Origin: Phoronis australis | Lineage: Eukaryota; Animalia; Phoronida | Direction of reading: 5' to 3' | DNA length: 37,151 nucleotides | Assembly: GCA_002633005.1 (NCBI GenBank) | Contig: NMRA01001235.1 | Span: 1 to 37,151 of the forward strand | Part shown: one piece after another, positions 35,401 to 37,151 of the stretch | Layout of the letters: each line of letters begins with the position of its first letter | Position numbering within the stretch: the stretch's first letter is position 1 | Made by a program: the position numbers and the translations under genes | The notes under the pieces: model-generated | What the model saw: only the letters and a program-made list of their open reading frames with translations | What the model was told of the DNA's origin: nothing | Databases searched by the model: none

Positions 35401-35437
35401 CACAACCTTCCGGGCTAAAGTTGTAATTCCAGCAGAC
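21546..35437 (-). CDS. PARP12: PARP12/ZAP (ZC3HAV1/PARP13)-like protein, spliced and 5'-incomplete: join(35437-35149, 33673-31489, 31052-30867, 30452-30251, 26417-26212, 25395-24994, 22662-21546)
   Basis: Seven exons with GT-AG boundaries and matching phases (0/1, 1/2, 2/2, 2/0, 0/2, 2/2, 2/stop) sum to 4587 nt. Domain order is CCCH clusters - HTH - CCCH - WWE - WWE - PARP catalytic (YPEYIIQY) - CaaX, the PARP12/ZAP architecture. The symbol is a family-level call only; orthology is untested. Confidence 0.9.
22477..24455. repeat. ~990-bp tandem duplication around the n at 23464 (22477-23463 / 23465-24455), including a second copy of the 5' part of the PARP exon (23465-23650); probably an allelic assembly artefact
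   Basis: Near-identical copies directly abutting a single n. Confidence 0.9.
24777..24855. repeat. 20-bp minisatellite, ~4 copies
   Basis: tacattttacttgaaggtga repeated. Confidence 0.9.
24994..25395 (-). CDS. Exon: Ser/Thr/Pro-rich linker and start of the PARP domain
   Basis: Acceptor ctgttgcag|A and donor AG|gtaaca. Encodes EFGQIRDMFHESMP...IREVQKISNRQLWRDY, a typical PARP catalytic-domain entry. Confidence 0.88.
25416..26015. repeat. ~300-bp tandem duplication around the n at 25716 (probable allelic artefact)
   Basis: 25416-25715 matches 25717-26015. Confidence 0.9.
26212..26417 (-). CDS. Exon: remainder of WWE2
   Basis: Acceptor ttaatacag|GAA and donor AG|gtgaga. Encodes KELERKY...YEVNFEEM...TGTRLPIRSRPLYVS. 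Confidence 0.88.
26449..26491. repeat. (TA)n microsatellite
   Basis: Pure TA run ~30 bp upstream of the WWE2 exon acceptor. Confidence 0.98.
26622..26785 (-). mobile_element. ~170-bp interspersed MITE-like repeat, inverted and diverged relative to 36484-36653
   Basis: The reverse complement shares atcgccagg, aatcagaacgc, gacacaccttc, gccgcca.tttaccag, aaacttattgttt and gagcttg.gatagg with 36484-36653. Confidence 0.7.
27000..28330 (+). repeat. Ancient internally repetitive intronic element with recurring CCACTAGRKGG and CAAGTTTCATGAA-like motifs
   Basis: Motif variants at 27057, 27405, 27755, 27897, 28025 and 28193, each preceded by A-rich tracts. Confidence 0.6.
28430..28960 (+). mobile_element. 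Heavily decayed LINE reverse-transcriptase relic
   Basis: In order across frameshifts: GMSPYI, SEVVSRIL, KIGLISIQSFADDL (FADD at 28562-28573), CLGVHL. Confidence 0.45.
29874..30175. repeat. 76-bp minisatellite, 4 copies
   Basis: Units start at 29874, 29950, 30026 and 30102 (acaccttgactaagttaaac...). Confidence 0.95.
30251..30452 (-). CDS. Exon: end of WWE1 and start of WWE2
   Basis: Acceptor gtgttctag|A and donor GGG|gtaggg. Encodes IAFDSM...IRHLST...FSTRWLWYY...GEW. Confidence 0.85.
30867..31052 (-). CDS. Exon: end of the pre-WWE CCCH and first half of WWE1
   Basis: Acceptor gctttcttcag|T and donor AG|gtgact. Splicing rebuilds ICVDFLSNKRCAPDCHNHHCGLPYYWQY...LEQKFCDP, the PARP12/TIPARP/ZAP signature. 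Confidence 0.9.
31489..33673 (-). CDS. Large exon: eight CCCH-type fingers in two blocks of four, ZAP-like HTH, start of the pre-WWE CCCH
   Basis: Acceptor tattttcag|AT and donor TG|gtgagt. Covers the 713-aa ORF with repeated C-x7-9-C-x3-5-C-x3-H motifs and LLLSHGGFCS. Confidence 0.92.
32342..33252. repeat. 456-bp-period in-frame exonic duplication around the n at 32797
   Basis: 32342-32796 matches 32798-33252; duplicates 152 codons. Confidence 0.9.
35149..35437 (-). CDS. First visible exon of the PARP12/ZAP-like gene (two CCCH fingers)
   Basis: Acceptor ttgttctggacag|GTC and donor CAAG|gtaagt. Encodes VCWNYNFSPEGCANHSCPRLH and VCANFALGTCQSPKACGKCH. No start codon, so upstream exon(s) are missing. 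Confidence 0.85.
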
Positions 35438-35476
35438 CTGTCCAGAACAAGGGAAGAATGAATTGATCTTTTCTAT

Positions 35477-35701
35477 GTAGTGCAGTCACAAAGGTGTGTG
35501 TGACTAGTTCTTACACAGGAAGTAGTGCAGTCGCAAAGGTATGTGACTGATCAAGAATGTGTCCTTCATCTGCAGTCACAAAGGTGTGCGTGACTAGTTC
35601 TTACACAGGAAGTAGTGCAGTCACAAAGGTGTGTGTGACTAGTTCTTACACAGGAAGTAGCGCAGTCATAAAGGTATGTGTGACTAGTTCTTACACAGGA
35701 A
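35477..35701. repeat. 45-bp minisatellite, ~5 copies (one interrupted)
   Basis: gtagtgcagtcacaaaggtgtgtgtgactagttcttacacaggaa repeated; contains the inverted pair agtcaca/tgtgact. Confidence 0.9.
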
Positions 35702-36483
35702 GGCCATGAGACAGCAGCCTATTGTGGTAGACATGCTAGCCAAAACTTTAGATTAACCAAAATGTTATCATTATATACATACAAATTATTTGTCTTCATG
35801 TACAATTAGCCATATGTCGGTCACATCACAAGTCTGAAAAGATCTCTTCCTCAATCGTGATTAGAAAAAGCTGATGTAAAATATAGGACTTTGATAAATT
35901 TTATAATTTCAAAGTATCGCGAAAGTGATATCACTGGGATGAGTGCCAAAGTACAAGCATTCTGAGGACTATTTCAATACAATAGACTCTATATTGCTAA
36001 AACAACTACTAGACCTTTTAGCCCACTGGCTCGCACAGTCCTTCACTCATGCAGTTCCAAGAAACAAATTGCCTGCCCTGCTATACGTACACAAAGTCAC
36101 GAGATAACCAATCTCTATCTTTAAAAGAAGAAAATTTGAATNTTTAGCAGCATATCTACAAAATTTTTGTGAAGGTGTGAAAATATATAGTGAAAAGGGA
36201 TAGTACACTAAGTATATGTCTTGCAACAAGTTTGACGCCCTTCGTGCTTGCAATTCTAATGCGTGACGGTGCACGCTTCAAAAGGCTTGACAGCCTCTTC
36301 CATGTCTACTTCTGTCAATTTTCTGTTCATGAGCCGAAACTTGGTTACTCTGGTCAATCCCAGTTTGCAAAGCTACAACTACTTCTTGACTATGTGCACT
36401 ATGTTTCAGCATATGGGATATTGCCTATTGAATTCAGAAGTCTATATATTGCTTATTGAATTCAGAAGTCTAAACTGACTTAG

Positions 36484-36653
36484 CTATCGCCAGGCTGATT
36501 GGGTGACGACTTCATTGACAAATCAGAACGCAGCATTCACACAGACACACCTTCATTTCCAAGCCGCCAGTTTACCAGACAAACAACACGTTGAGGGTTA
36601 AAACTTATTGTTTAATTGTTTGTCGACTTTCCGCAAGGCAGAGCTTGCGATAG
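36484..36653 (+). mobile_element. ~170-bp MITE-like repeat with short TIR (ctatcgccag...cttgcgatag)
   Basis: Short inverted ends and a second family member at 26622-26785. Confidence 0.65.
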
Positions 36654-36945
36654 GAGAATTGGGCTATTATATGCTCCTAATTATCTACCAGTTGCATGGT
36701 TAAACTGTGCCGAACTTAAAAATTTCTCTGTGTAGTCAAAGCACTTACAAAAATGTTTAAGAATTGCAGAATTTTGAAATGTGTACAAGAAAGATCGTGA
36801 CTATAAATAACTGGTGAGGCCACTTGTGACAATTACAGACATTGGAAATTCAATCTTTTCTTAGTAGGAATGGCAGAATTTGGAAAATAAATTGCTACAA
36901 GAATGCAGCCAAAAACAAATTGACACTAGATGGTGCAATCTTCAC
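36608..36945 (+). repeat. ~340-bp direct repeat, copy 2
   Basis: Matches 532-885. Confidence 0.9.
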
Positions 36946-37151
36946 CTTAAGTTCGTCCCATAAGCTAATGGCTTCAATTCTTGATGAGGACATATCTGAC
37001 AAGATTTTGAAGATCCACCATAAAGAAAAATATAATTGCCACTTAAGTCAGAGCCTAGTTCATCCAAAAGTGCAGAACTGTGCTATGCTCATTGATAGAA
37101 GCACAATTGTCAAACTTCATGACGAAGCTCTATATGCAAGAACTTGGCAGA

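Overview
Eukaryotic (AT-rich, spliceosomal-intron, probably invertebrate animal) draft-assembly DNA with one N-gap (6154-6821) and seven single-n joins. The main feature is a 5'-incomplete, 7-exon minus-strand gene (35437->21546; all GT-AG junctions phase-compatible; 1528 aa as assembled, 1376 aa if one in-frame duplicate is an artefact) of the PARP12/ZAP (ZC3HAV1/PARP13) family. It has at least 10 N-terminal CCCH-type fingers, a ZAP-like HGG helix-turn-helix, a CCCH+tandem WWE module and a PARP domain. The most striking result is that it shows the hallmarks of vertebrate ZAP-L: a predicted catalytically dead Y-Y-V triad and a C-terminal CaaX box (CCIQ). It also has a multiplied RNA-binding region and a Pro-rich tail with a PPxY motif. 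The remainder is transposon debris: an internally deleted Gypsy element, a LINE with a degenerate 2A peptide, L1/Tx1-like relics, MITEs with 5-bp TSDs, foldback elements and minisatellites. There is also a possible RGG-rich start exon of a neighbouring gene. Several duplications abut single n's and probably represent the two haplotypes assembled in tandem.
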